Origin: Scenedesmus sp. PABB004
Lineage: Eukaryota
NCBI GenBank assembly: GCA_014905635.1
Contig: JABVCE010000002.1
Location: 2,604,001 to 2,668,000 of the forward strand
Direction: 5' to 3'
DNA length: 64,000 nucleotides
This document shows positions 48,152-59,091 of this stretch, piece by piece. The position numbers and the translations under genes were made by a program. Under the pieces are notes generated by a model, which was not told the origin of the DNA, did no database searches, and saw nothing but the letters and a program-made list of their open reading frames with translations. Numbering within the stretch: position 1 is the first letter of the stretch; each line of letters begins with the position of its first letter.

Positions 48152-48621
48152 GTTTGCTGCGCGCGTGAGCGCGGGCGGGCGGCTGATGGGATGCGGCCGT
48201 CGTCGGCGGGGGCGCAGGCGTGCGTGGACCGCGGGCGCGATGCTCCTGGTCGGCGCGGGATCTGTGTGCCGTCCTCCGTTCGCGCCCTCGCTAAAGCTGA
48301 GCTCGCAGGGAGCCCAGCGGTCGGTGAAGCGCGAACCTGGTGGACAGCTGCACGGCTCTCGTCCACATCGCGCTCCACGCAGTCTCAGCAAGCTTTCCGC
48401 CGCCGCGCAGACCGCGCGGAGCAGCAGCAGGGGGCCGGCCGACCTCCCGCGCTCTCTCCCTGCCAGCGCGGGCCCCCCGCGATGCCCGCGGCGTGAGCAG
48501 CGTCCGGGTCCAGGCCGCAGCAGCAGCCCGGGCAGCGCAGGGCGGCGGCCGCGTGCGTGCCGGCGGGGGCGGCGGCGGCCGCGCGAGCAGCGGCGCCCCC
48601 GAAACCGACGCGGGCGCCGCC

Positions 48622-51010
48622 ATGCGGCGCGCGGTGCGGCCGGTGCCCATCGCGGTGCCGGTGGAGGAGGGACCGTCCGACTACCGGCTGTGAGCGGCGC
48701 CGCCGCGCCGCGCTGGCTGAGCCGGCACGCCGAGCGCCGCCGCGCGCGGACGCGCGCGACCGCCCCGCCGCCGCCGCCAACCGCCGCGCACAGCTCGGAC
48801 AGCGGCGTGTTCGAGCAGGGCGGCCTTGTGGTCAGCAAGGCGGGCTGCGTCATCGCCGGCAACGGCCGCGCCACGCCGGAGCGCCCCGGCTCGCGCGCAG
48901 CGAGCGCGGGCGGCGCCGCGCCCGCGGCGGCTGCGGCAGAGTGAGCGCCCGCGGAGGGGGCAGCAGCGGGTGCCGCGCCGGCCCCGCGGCGCCGCGGCAC
49001 GGCAGCCTGAGAGCTCGCCGCCGCTGCCGCCGCCGCAGGCCGCCCGGCAGCGCGGCGTCGTCGCGCCCGGGCTCGCGCGCGAGCAGCGGCAGCGGCCGCG
49101 GCAGCCGCAGCGCGACGCCCGCGTCGCCGCACGGCGCCGGCGCCGCGCCCCCCGCCGCGCCCGCGCCCGCGCCCGCGCCCGGCGGCGCCGACGGCGCGCC
49201 CGCGGACGCCGCGCCCGGCGGCGGCGAGTCGCCGCCGCACTTTGCGCTGGCGGACCTCGTCGACGAGGGCGTGGTCGGGCGCGGCGCGAGCGGCGTGGTG
49301 CGGCGCGTGCGCCACGCGGTCAGCGGGCGCGCGTACGTGCTCAAGTCAATCCGTGTCGACCTGTGCAGCGAGGCGGGGCGGCGCGGCGTGGTGGCCGAGG
49401 TGCGCGCGCTCGCGGGCGCGGCGCACCCGCACGTCGTGGCGTACCACCAGAGCTTCTACGCCGACGGCGCGCTGACCATCCTCATGGAGCACATGGACGG
49501 CGGCTCGCTCGCAGACGTGCTCGCACGGGTGCGCGGCGGCGGCGGGCGCAGCCGCGCGGCGCGGCGGCGCGGCGCGGCGCGGGCGGCGCGGCGGCAGCGC
49601 GGCGCTGACGGCCGCGCCGCGCCGCGCCGCGCCGCGCAGGTGCGCGTCGTGCCGCCGCGCTACCTCGGCGAGCTCGCGCGGCAGGTGCTGTCGGGGCTGG
49701 CGCACCTGCACGGCGTGTGCCGCATCTGCCACCGCGACATCAAGCCCTCCAACCTGCTGCTCAGCAGCGGCGGCGCGCTCAAGATCAGCGACTTTGGCAC
49801 CGCGCACCAGCTGAGCGCGAGCATGAGCAAGTGCCTCTCCTGGGTGGGCACGGTGACCTACATGTCGCCCGAGCGCATCCGCGGCGACACCTACGGCACC
49901 GGGACCGACGTGTGGAGCCTCGGCCTGCTCCTGCTCGAGGCCGCGACCGGGCGCTACCCGTACCCGCCCGAGGGCGCCGACGCGCCGGGCCGGATGGGCT
50001 TCTGGGAGCTGCTCGAGTGCATCGGTGACCGGCGCGGCGCGGCGCGGCGCGGCGCAGCGCGGCGCAGCACAGCGCGCGCGGCGCGGCGCCCACGCCGCCC
50101 GCGGGGGCCGCCGTCGCCCGCAGTCGTGGAGCCCGCGCCGCGGCTGCCGGCGGCGCGGTTCGGCGCCGAGCTGGCCGACTTTGTGGGCCTGTGCCTGCAG
50201 AAGGACCCGGCGTCGCGGCCGAGCGCGGCGGCGCTGCTGCGCCACCCCTTTATCACCTCGGCGCCGCCTGCCAACCTCGCCGACCTGCTGCGCCCGGGCG
50301 GCGGCGGCGGCGCCGCGCCGCCGGCGCCGCCGCGGGCGGCGGGCGCGCCGCCGGCGCCGGCGCGCGCCGCCCCGCGGTGCGGCGCGGTGCGGCACAGCCT
50401 GGAGGCCGGCCGCGCCGCCGGCGCGCGCGGCGGCGGCCCGTTTGGCGGCGGCGCGCCGCTCGCGGCCGGGGCGCTGGCGCTGCGGCGCAGCGCGATGACG
50501 CTGCTGCCCCTGTACGAGGGGACCGCCCAGCAGCCACCGGCGGGCGGCGCGGCGCGGCCCAAGCTGCCGCAGGCACCGCCGCAGCTGCTGGCACACCGGC
50601 AGCAGCAGGCGGAGCAGGCGCAGCAGGCGCAGCAGCAGCAGCGACAGCAGCAGCAACAGCAGGCGGCGTCGCAGCAGGCGGCGGCAGCGGTGGCGGCGCA
50701 GCAGGCGGCGGGGGGCAGGCAGCAGTCCGTGGCGCACCAGCAGCAACAGCAGCAGCTGCGGCCACAGACGCAGCCGCAGCAGGCGACGCCGCCGAGGGCG
50801 TCACCGCAGCCCGGACCGGGGCAGTTGCAGCCCCAGACGACCCCGCACCGACCAGTGCAGCCGGCGCGGCAGCAGCAACAGCAGCAGCGGACCTCGCCGG
50901 CGCAGCCGCGGCCCCTGCTGGCGCAGCCGCTGACGAGCGGACCGCTCACCGCGCTCAAGCCGGTGCCGCGGCCGGCAGCGCAGCGGCTGCATGACGCGCC
51001 GGCGGCGTGA
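48622..51010 (+). CDS. MAP kinase kinase (MKK/STE7) with a Gln-rich C-terminal tail
   Basis: Motifs [34 protein letters not shown]-x5-S activation loop (SMSKCLS) and [13 protein letters not shown]. Confidence 0.93.
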
Positions 51011-51464
51011 GCAGGCGGGGCGGCGGCCGGGCAGGCGCGTGGTGCAGCTAGGCGTGAGGCAGAGCTGGCAGGCCGGACCGAATCCGGGCACAGCGGGGGC
51101 GCGAGCGGTGACGCCGTGTGCAGCACCGCGCCCTCCCTGGCCCGGGGGCAGTGTGCTGGGATGCGTGGGGGGCGCTCGGGATCGCGCACAGTTTTGATCG
51201 GCAACCAGGTTACTGCTGCTGCGTGCGTGCTCGGGCCCCGCGCCGTCACGTGCCGCTCGCAGCCGCCCCGCCCTGGCCGCCGCGCTGCCGCCCTCTCCCG
51301 TCGCCATACTACGGCACGGCACGCCGCTTGTACAACCACAGCACGCGCCGGCGGCGGCGGCGCGCGTCACAAGTGAAGAAGAGCGCGAGTGGGGCGGTCC
51401 ATGACGGATGGTCTGGTCCAGCAGTGAGGCAGCGCTGACGCGCTGCAGAGCCTCCCCGGAGGGC

Positions 51465-52368
51465 TCAAAACGCGTCGTAGACGCCGCTCATGGTGTACCC
51501 CCTCAGGCGCGCGCGGTCGGCCCAGGCCTTGGCCTGCTCCGCGTCGGCCTTGCAGCCGTAGCCCTCCGCGTACATCTGGCTCAGCAGCGCCTGCTGCTTC
51601 ACGTCGCCGCGCCGCGCCTCGCTGAGGCACTCGTTGAACCAGCGCTGCACCGCGTCGGCGACGACGAGCTTCAGCGGCACGCGCACGGGGCCCGCCGAGT
51701 CGGTGTCGCTGTCCGACGGCGACGCCTCGCCCGGGGCGGCCGCGGCCGCCGCGTGCGCGGCCTTGGCCGCGTGGAAGCCCGCCGCCGCGGCCGCCGCTGC
51801 GGCCGCCTGCTGCCGTGCGTACGCGGCCGATGACGCAAACTGCTGCTGCTGCTCCGCGGCCTGCGGCGACGCGCCGCGCAGCTGCCAGCCTGCAGCGCGG
51901 TGGCGGTGGCAGCGGCGGCAGCGACGGGCGGCGGGCGGCGGCGGCGGCCGTGTGGGCGCCAGGGGGCGGCGCCGGCCGAGGCAGCGACGCGCCAGCAACC
52001 AGCGGGGCCCGCGCAACTCGCCCCGGCACCAACGCACACACCGGGGCTGCTGCTTGGGCACGCCATGCCGGGGGCCCCCTGCCCGGCGCGTGCGGCCGGC
52101 CCCCGGGCCTCGAGGATGCGCGGCGATGTGGCGTGCGACCGAGAGGAAGACAGCCGATTGAGGCTCGATGGCAGCAAGGCCCGCACGGCCATTCGCTCTT
52201 CACGCCCTCATCGCTCGGCGGGCTGCTGCCGCTTTGCCAGGGCGACGCGATGTCGGGCAGCGATGATGGACGCGGGACCGAGCACGCCGGGCTTTGGCTG
52301 CACCTGCGCCCCGGCGCCTCGCCTGCCCCGCGCAGCGGGCAGCCCGCAGGCAGCCCCGGGCCGTCCAT
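51465..52368 (-). CDS. Small Sel1-like repeat protein (plant-type)
   Basis: C-terminal VPLKLVVADAVQRWFNECLSEARRGDVKQQALLSQMYAEGYGC..DAEQAKAW. The start codon and exon 1 are less certain. Confidence 0.75.
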
Positions 52369-52563
52369 CACTTTCTGCGTCTGACGAGGAGCACGGACGC
52401 ACGCCGCCGCCAGCGCAACGAGGCGATCGGCAGAGTTGTTAGCGCCGAGCAGCGGCGCGCGCGGCGCGGCGGGCCGCCGCGCCGCGCCGGCGCGGAGGCG
52501 GGCCGCGGGCGCCCGGGTGCTGTCAGGCCGTGACGTCCCGGGCGCGGTGGCGCCAGCGGAGAG

Positions 52564-55500
52564 ATGTACATCGCCTACGGCTGGCCGCGCGTGCTCGCGG
52601 CGCCGCTGCCGGGTGCGGGCCGCCACATCGCGCTCGCGGCGGACGCGGAGCACTGCGTGGGCGTGTCGGAGTGGGGCGTGTGCGTGTGGACGGGTGGCCA
52701 GGTGCGGCTGCGGCTGGGCGAGCACGCGCTGGCGGGCGAGGAGGCGGACGCGTACGGGCAGCACGTCGCGGCGGAGTGGTGCGCCGAGCGAGGCTGCGTC
52801 GCGGCGCTGGTGGGTGGCGGCGCTGCGCGGGCGGCGGCGCTGCACGGCGGCGGCAGCGCGCGGGCGGCCGCGCGCGGGCGGCCGCGCGCGAGGGCGGGGC
52901 AGCAGTGGCGGCGCGCACACGCCACGGCGCGCCACGGCGCGCCGCCGCCGCCGCCGCCGGCGCCGCCGCAGACTGCGCGGGGCTGGCTGCTCATCTACGG
53001 CCTGCACCCCCTCAAGCAGCCGCTGCTGCCGCCGGCGCGCGCGGGCGGGCCGCACTGGAGCGGGCAGGAGCGGCTGGCGGCGCTGCGGGGCGTCGACGTC
53101 TACATCAAGCACGCGACGCGCTGCGCCCACGACGCGCCGCCCACGGCGCTCGCCTGCAGCGGCCTCAGCATCCTGGTGGCCTATGCTGACGGCTACGTGG
53201 GCTCCGCCAGCTGGGGCGGCAAGGTGCGGCGCCCGGCCGGCGGCGCCCGGCCGGCGGCGCCCAGCCGACGGCGGCGGCGGCGGCGGCGCGGCAGCGCAGC
53301 TCCAGCGCCCAGCGGGCGCGCGCCGCTGCGGCGCGGCGGGCGCTCCAGCTGGGGCCGTGGCCGCCGCCGCGCCACGCAGATGCGGCCGGAGCTGTTTGAC
53401 GTCCTGCCGGACGCCGCGGACGAGCAGCCGGGCCCGCACCGGCACCCGGCGGGCGGCAGCGGCGTGGGCGCGGCCGCGGCGGTCGCGGCGGCCAACGCGC
53501 AGCGGCGCGGGCTGCCGGGCAGCGCGGTCGTGTCGCTCGCGTACAGCGAGGCGGCACGGCTGGCGGCGCTCGTGTTTGCGGACGGCTCGGCCGCGCTGTA
53601 CGCGCCGGCGCCGCGCGAGTCGGGCGGCCTGCTGCACCCGCAGCTCGACTTCCAGCGCTGGCTCGCGGGGCCGGCGGCGAGGTGCGGCGGCGCGGCTGCA
53701 GCAGGGCGCCGCCGCCCGCGGCCGCGGCGACCAGCAGCGAGAGAGCCGACGCCCTCCTCTCACCGCGCCGCGCCGCGCCGCTTCGCAGGGTGACCGCCGC
53801 GCAGCTGGCCCCCGCGGCGCAGCTCATCGCGCTGGGCACGGCCAGCGGCGCGGTGCACCTGCTGCGCCTGCACCCGCCCGCGCCGGACGGCAGCGGCCGC
53901 AGCGGCGGCGGCGAGGAGGCCAGCCCCGACCTCGGGGCGGTGCTCTCGCTGCGCACGAGCAGCAGCAGCACGCCGCGGGCAGCCGACCTGGCGCGCGCCG
54001 GCAGCGGCACGCTGCCGGGGCCGGCCGCGGCCGAGGCAGCGGGGCTCGCGCCGGAGCAGCTGGTGCGCACGCTGGAGCTCGGCGACTGGGGCCACACGCC
54101 CGCGCAGACGGGCGGCGTGGCGGCGCTGTCGTGGGCGCCCGACTGCCGTGCACTCGCGGTGGGCTTTGGCCGGCAGGGCCTGGTCGTGTGGACGCCCTCC
54201 GGCTGCCGCCTGCTCTGCACGCTGCGGCAGCCGGCGCCCGAGACGCCGCGCGTGCGCGCGCCGAGCGAGGCGAGCGGCGCGGCGGCGCCGTGGCCGGCCA
54301 CCAACGGCGCGGGCGAGGAGCAGCAGCGGGCGGCGCAGCAGCCGTGGCCGCCGCCGGTGAGCGTGGACGGCGCCGTGGACTGCCTGGCGTGGGGCCCCGG
54401 CGGCTACCAGCTGCTGCTGGCGAGCAGGCCCAGCGGCGGCGGCGGCGGCGGCGGCGGCAGCACCGTCTGCGAGCTGGCGCTGGCCAAGAGCCTGGCGCAC
54501 CACCACCGCGTGTGCCACGTCGCTCCGCCGGACGCCGCCGGCGCGGGCGGCGGCCTGGGCGTGGCGCAGCTGGGGGAGGAACTTCACGTCATGCAGGTGG
54601 GCGGTGGGCGCCACCCGCGCCGCGGCCCGCCCCTCGGGCAGGGCTGCCTGCCAGCCCCGGGGCGCGGGCCCGCGCAGCGCAGCCCCCCCCCCCCCCGCGC
54701 CCACCGTGCCGCGCCGCGCCGCGCGGCCGCGCGGCCGCAGGGTGCCGACCGGCTGCTGCTGGTGACGGAGGCGCTCACGGGCGCGGGGCCGGGCGGCTTT
54801 GTCGGCGCGGGCATGGGCGGCGGCGAGCCCGGCGAGCCGGGCCCGGGCGGCAGCGACCTCGCGGTGCACCACGTCCCGCTGCCGGGCAGCTACAGCGCGG
54901 CCAACTGGCCGCTGCGCCACGCCGCGGTCAGCCCCTGCGGCGGCGACATCGCGGCCGCGGGGCGCCAGGGCCTGGCCGTGTTCAACCGCCGCGCCGAGCG
55001 CTGGCGCCTGTTTGGCGACGTGTCGCAGGTCGGCCGGCGGCCGCCCGGCCGCGCGCGGCACCGGCGCGCCCCGCGTGGTGCCGGCGCGCCCCGCGCCGCC
55101 GCCCCGCGTTCAAGCCGGGCCGAGCCCGCCGCCAACGCCGCCGCGCCCCGCCCGGCGGCCGCAGGAGCGGCGCGTGTCGTGCATCGCCCTGGGCTGGCTG
55201 GGCGACCTGGTCGTGGCCTGCTCCTGCGCGCCCGCGCCGGGCGCCGCCGACGGCGGCAGCGCGGCGGCCGCGGCGGCGGCGGCGGCGACCGCCGCAGCGG
55301 CCGCCGCGGCCGCCGCCGCGGCCTCTGGCGCGGAGCTGAGCATCGGTGCGGGCGCCGGCTTCAGGTGCCAGCTGCTGCTGTTCCCTCGGAACCACCTCGA
55401 CCTCTCGTCGGTCGTCGCGAGCCACACGCTCGCCAAGGTGCGCCCCGCGCGCCGCGGCCGCCGCGCAGCGCCGAGCCGCCGCCGACCCGGGGCCGCCGCC

Positions 55501-57936
55501 CCCGCCCCCGCTCCTGCCGGCGCCGGCGCGGTCGCAGGTGCCGCTGGCCATGGACTGCACCGAGCAGCACATCCTGCTCGCGAGCGCGCCGCTGCAGCTG
55601 CTGCTCCTGCAGCTGCAGGGCGGCGGCGCCGGCGGCGGCGGCAGGCCGCCCGCGAGCGGCGGCGCGGCGCGGCTGGTGGCGGTGCGGGAGCTGTCGCTGT
55701 TCAATGTCGGCCGCCCGGTCGCGGGCGTCGCTCTCGTGCCCGCGGCGGCGGCGGAGATGGCCAAGCGCGTGCTGCCGGGTGCGGGCGCGCGCCGCCGGCA
55801 CCTGCGGGGCCGGGGACTGCCGGGCGGCCGCCCGGCGCGCTGCCCGCCCGCGCACCCGCCGGCCCGGCCGACCGCCCGACCCCGCCGCCCCGCGCGCGCG
55901 CGCGCACGCGCACAGACGGCACGCTGCGGCCGCCGAGCGCGTGCGGGCTGCCGGCGCCCGGCCGGCACGCGCCGTCGCCCTGCCACGCGGTGCTGCTGCG
56001 CTGGGGCGGGCTGATGAGCGTGCTGGACCTCACCCGGGGCCGCGAGCTGGTGCTGGCGGATGAGGTGGACACCTTCTGGCTCTCAGACACCCTCCCGGTC
56101 GCGCCCGGCGGCGCGCAGAGCAGCCGCGCCGGCAGCACGAGCGCGAGCGCCGCACACAGCCGCGCGTCGAGCATGGCCAACCTGGCGGGCATGGGCGGCG
56201 AGCCGCACAGCGGCGCGGGCGGCGCCGAGGCCGGCGGCGGCGGCCTGCAGGCGGCGTGGGACGCAGCCATGGCAGGGCTCACGGACGGCGGCGCCGGCGG
56301 CGAGCCGCGCGCGCTGGGAGCGGGCATCGAGGGTGCGCGGGCGCAGGCGCATGCCGGCGGCGTCGCCACGCCCGCTCCGGAGCGCGCCCGCCGCAGGCGC
56401 GCGTGCCTCCAGCCGCCCCGCCGCCTCACGCCGCCGCCGCCGCCGCCGCGCGCAGGCGGCGCGCCGGAGGTCGTTGAGATGCCGTGGTGGGCGTACGGCC
56501 CGGTCGGCATGCAGCTCTGGTTTCCGTCGCTCGTGCTGGCGGCGATGGCGTGCCCGCCGCACAGCAGCAGCAGCGGCGGCCTGCTCGCGCCCCAGGCGTC
56601 GCTGCCAGCGCAGCTCTCGCCGCAGGGCAGCACGCCCGGCGCGCTTGCGGCGTCGCTCGGGCCGTCCACGCCGCGCGCGCCCGCCGCGGCGGGGGGCACA
56701 GCGCTGCCCCACGCGCGCTCCGCGCCCGCGCTCGCGGGCGCGGGCGCCGCCGGTGCGCCGGGCGGCGCGCCGGGCCCCGTCGGCGGCGGCCTCGCGTCTG
56801 GCCCGGGGGGCGTGATCGAGATGGAGCTCGAGTTTGACCGAGAGGTCTGGCCCATCGGCGTCAGCCTCGCCGACGCGTCGCTCGTGGGCGTCACGCAGCG
56901 CGTGCTGCGCCCCGCGCCCGCGCCGGGCGGCGGGCAGGTGCGGCGCGGCGGCGCGGCGCTGCGGCCGCGCCCGGCCCCGCGCCGTGCGCCCGCCCGCGAC
57001 GCCGCCCCGCCCGCCCCGCCCCGCCCCGTGCGCAGGCGGTGTCGCCGCGCCGGCGCAGCAGCAGCGGCGGCGGCCGCGGCGCGGCCGCGAAGCAGCCGGC
57101 GGCGGGCGCAGGCGCCGGCGCCGCGTCCGCCGCGGCGGGGGGCGGGGGCGGTCTGGGCCTGCCCTTTTTCCTGCCCGTCCCGGAGTCGCAGCCGGTGCTG
57201 CCGGCGCTGCTGCGCCGCCTGCTGCAGCAGGGCGCGCTGCCCGAGGCGCTCGCGCTCGCGGGGCGGCACGAGGGCGGGCCCCACTTCACGCGCTCGCTCG
57301 AGTGGCTGCTCTTCACCACGCTCGACATGGAGGCACCAAAGTGCCGCCCCGGGCGCCGCAGCGGCGGCGTGCCGGGCGGCGCGCGCCCCGGCGGCGGCGG
57401 CACGCCGCGCGCGGGCGCGTTTGCCGGCGTGCTCGGGCGGCAGGGCAAGGTGCGCGCGCCCGCCCGCCGCCGGCGCCGGGCGGCGCCGCTGCCGGCGCAG
57501 CGCTGACGCGCCGCGCCGCGCCGCGCCGCGCCGCGTGCGCAGGGCTGGCAGGGCCACGTCGAGCGCCACGTGGTCCCCGTGCCGGTCACGCCGCTGCTGG
57601 CCGCGGCGGTGGAGCTGGTGCTGTCGTTCCCGCAGTGCCTCGGTGTCGTGGTGAGCGTGAGCCGCAAGACCGACGCGAGCCTGTGGCCCGCGCTGTTCAG
57701 CGCGGTGGGCAGCCCCGCGGCGCTGCTGGAGCTGCTGCTCGACTCGGGCGCGCTCGCGAGCGCCGCGTGCTTCCTGATCGTCGTGGACCGGCTGGAGGGC
57801 GCGGCGCTGGCGCAGGGGTACGCGCTGTCGCTCGTGGCGGCCGCGCTGCGGCGGGGCCAGTTCTACCTGGTCGCTGAGATCCTGCGCTTCCTCATCCCGC
57901 CCCGCGAGAGCAGCAGCGGCGTGGTGCAGTGGGGCC

Positions 57937-57972
<36 letters not shown>

Positions 57973-59034
57973 AGCAGCAGGCGCCGCAGGCGGCGGCGCA
58001 GCAGGCGGAGGCGCAGGCGGCGGCGCCGGCGAGCGGCGGCGGCAGCTGGCTGGGCTGGCTCTGGGGCGGCGGCGGCGGCGGCGGCGCGCAGCAGGCGCAG
58101 CAGGCGGCGCACGCCGGCGACCAGGGCGTCCTGACGCCCCGCGTCGGCAGCATGTCGGCGGCGGGGCACTACCGGCAGAGCCTCGCCGGCGCCGGCAGCG
58201 GCGTGGAGTGGCAGGGCCTGTCGGGCGGCGGCACCGCGGCGGCCGCCGGCGCCGCGCCCGGCGGCGACGCCTGCAGGGTCGTCGCGGAGCGCGGCTGGGC
58301 GCTGCTGGAGCAGGTGAGCGCCGCGTGCGCGCGAGGCTCGCTGCCGCGTCTGGGCGCTGAGCGGGCGAGCCCCCTGCTGGCCGGGCTGAGCCCGCCGCTG
58401 ACCGGGCGGGCCGCCGTGGCGCCGCGCGCAGGGCAAGCTGGTGTCGCTGGCGCAGCTGTCGGGCGCGATGGCCTTCCTCACCGGCGGCCTGGCGGGCGTC
58501 ATGGCCGCATTCCGCCCCGCGGCCGGCGCGGGCGCGGCCGCCGCAGCCGCCGCGACCGCGGAGGCGCCGCCGAGCGCGGGCGAGCTGCTCGACGCGGTCG
58601 GCGTCGCTGTCGAGGAGCTGCCGGTGTGGGAGAGCGCCGAGGTGGAGGCGGACGCGGCGGGCCTGCTCGACCTGTGCCGCGCGCTGGGCGCGCGGTGCTG
58701 GGCGCTCGCGCTCGCCGTGCTGCTCGTCGACGTCAGCGTCCTCGCGCCCTACGCTGCCGAAGCGCCGCACGAGTGGGCCGCCTTCTGCGGCCGCCTCGCC
58801 GCCGCGCCGCAGCTGTACTTCCTGCATGACGTCGTCGCCGCGCTCACGGGCCCCGGACCAGGCGGCCCCGGCGGTGGCCCGGGCGGCGACCCCGGCGAGC
58901 CCGGCGGCGGCGGCGGGCTGGGGGCGGCGCAGGTGCTCATGCTCGACGGCGGGCTCTCGCTGCGCACGATGCGCGCGAGCGGCGGGGACGACGACGCCTC
59001 GTCGGGCGACGGCGCGCCGTGGCGGGCGCTGTGA
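52564..59034 (+). CDS. RIC1: RIC1, RAB6/Ypt6 GEF complex subunit
   Basis: Diagnostic N-terminus MYIAYGWP, then WRLFGDVSQ|ER, FPRNHLD, LEFDREVWPIG, HFTRSLEWLLF and RKTDASLWPALF. Confidence 0.95.
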
Positions 59035-59091
59035 CGGCCGGCCAGCCTGTGCGTTGTTGAAACGCGACGCCCCCGTGCGGCGCGCCGCCGG

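Noticed and set aside
24932..51010. MAPK and MKK as a clustered signalling module
   Set aside because: They are about 19 kb apart with eight unrelated genes between them, and the MAPK lacks the TxY substrate motif.
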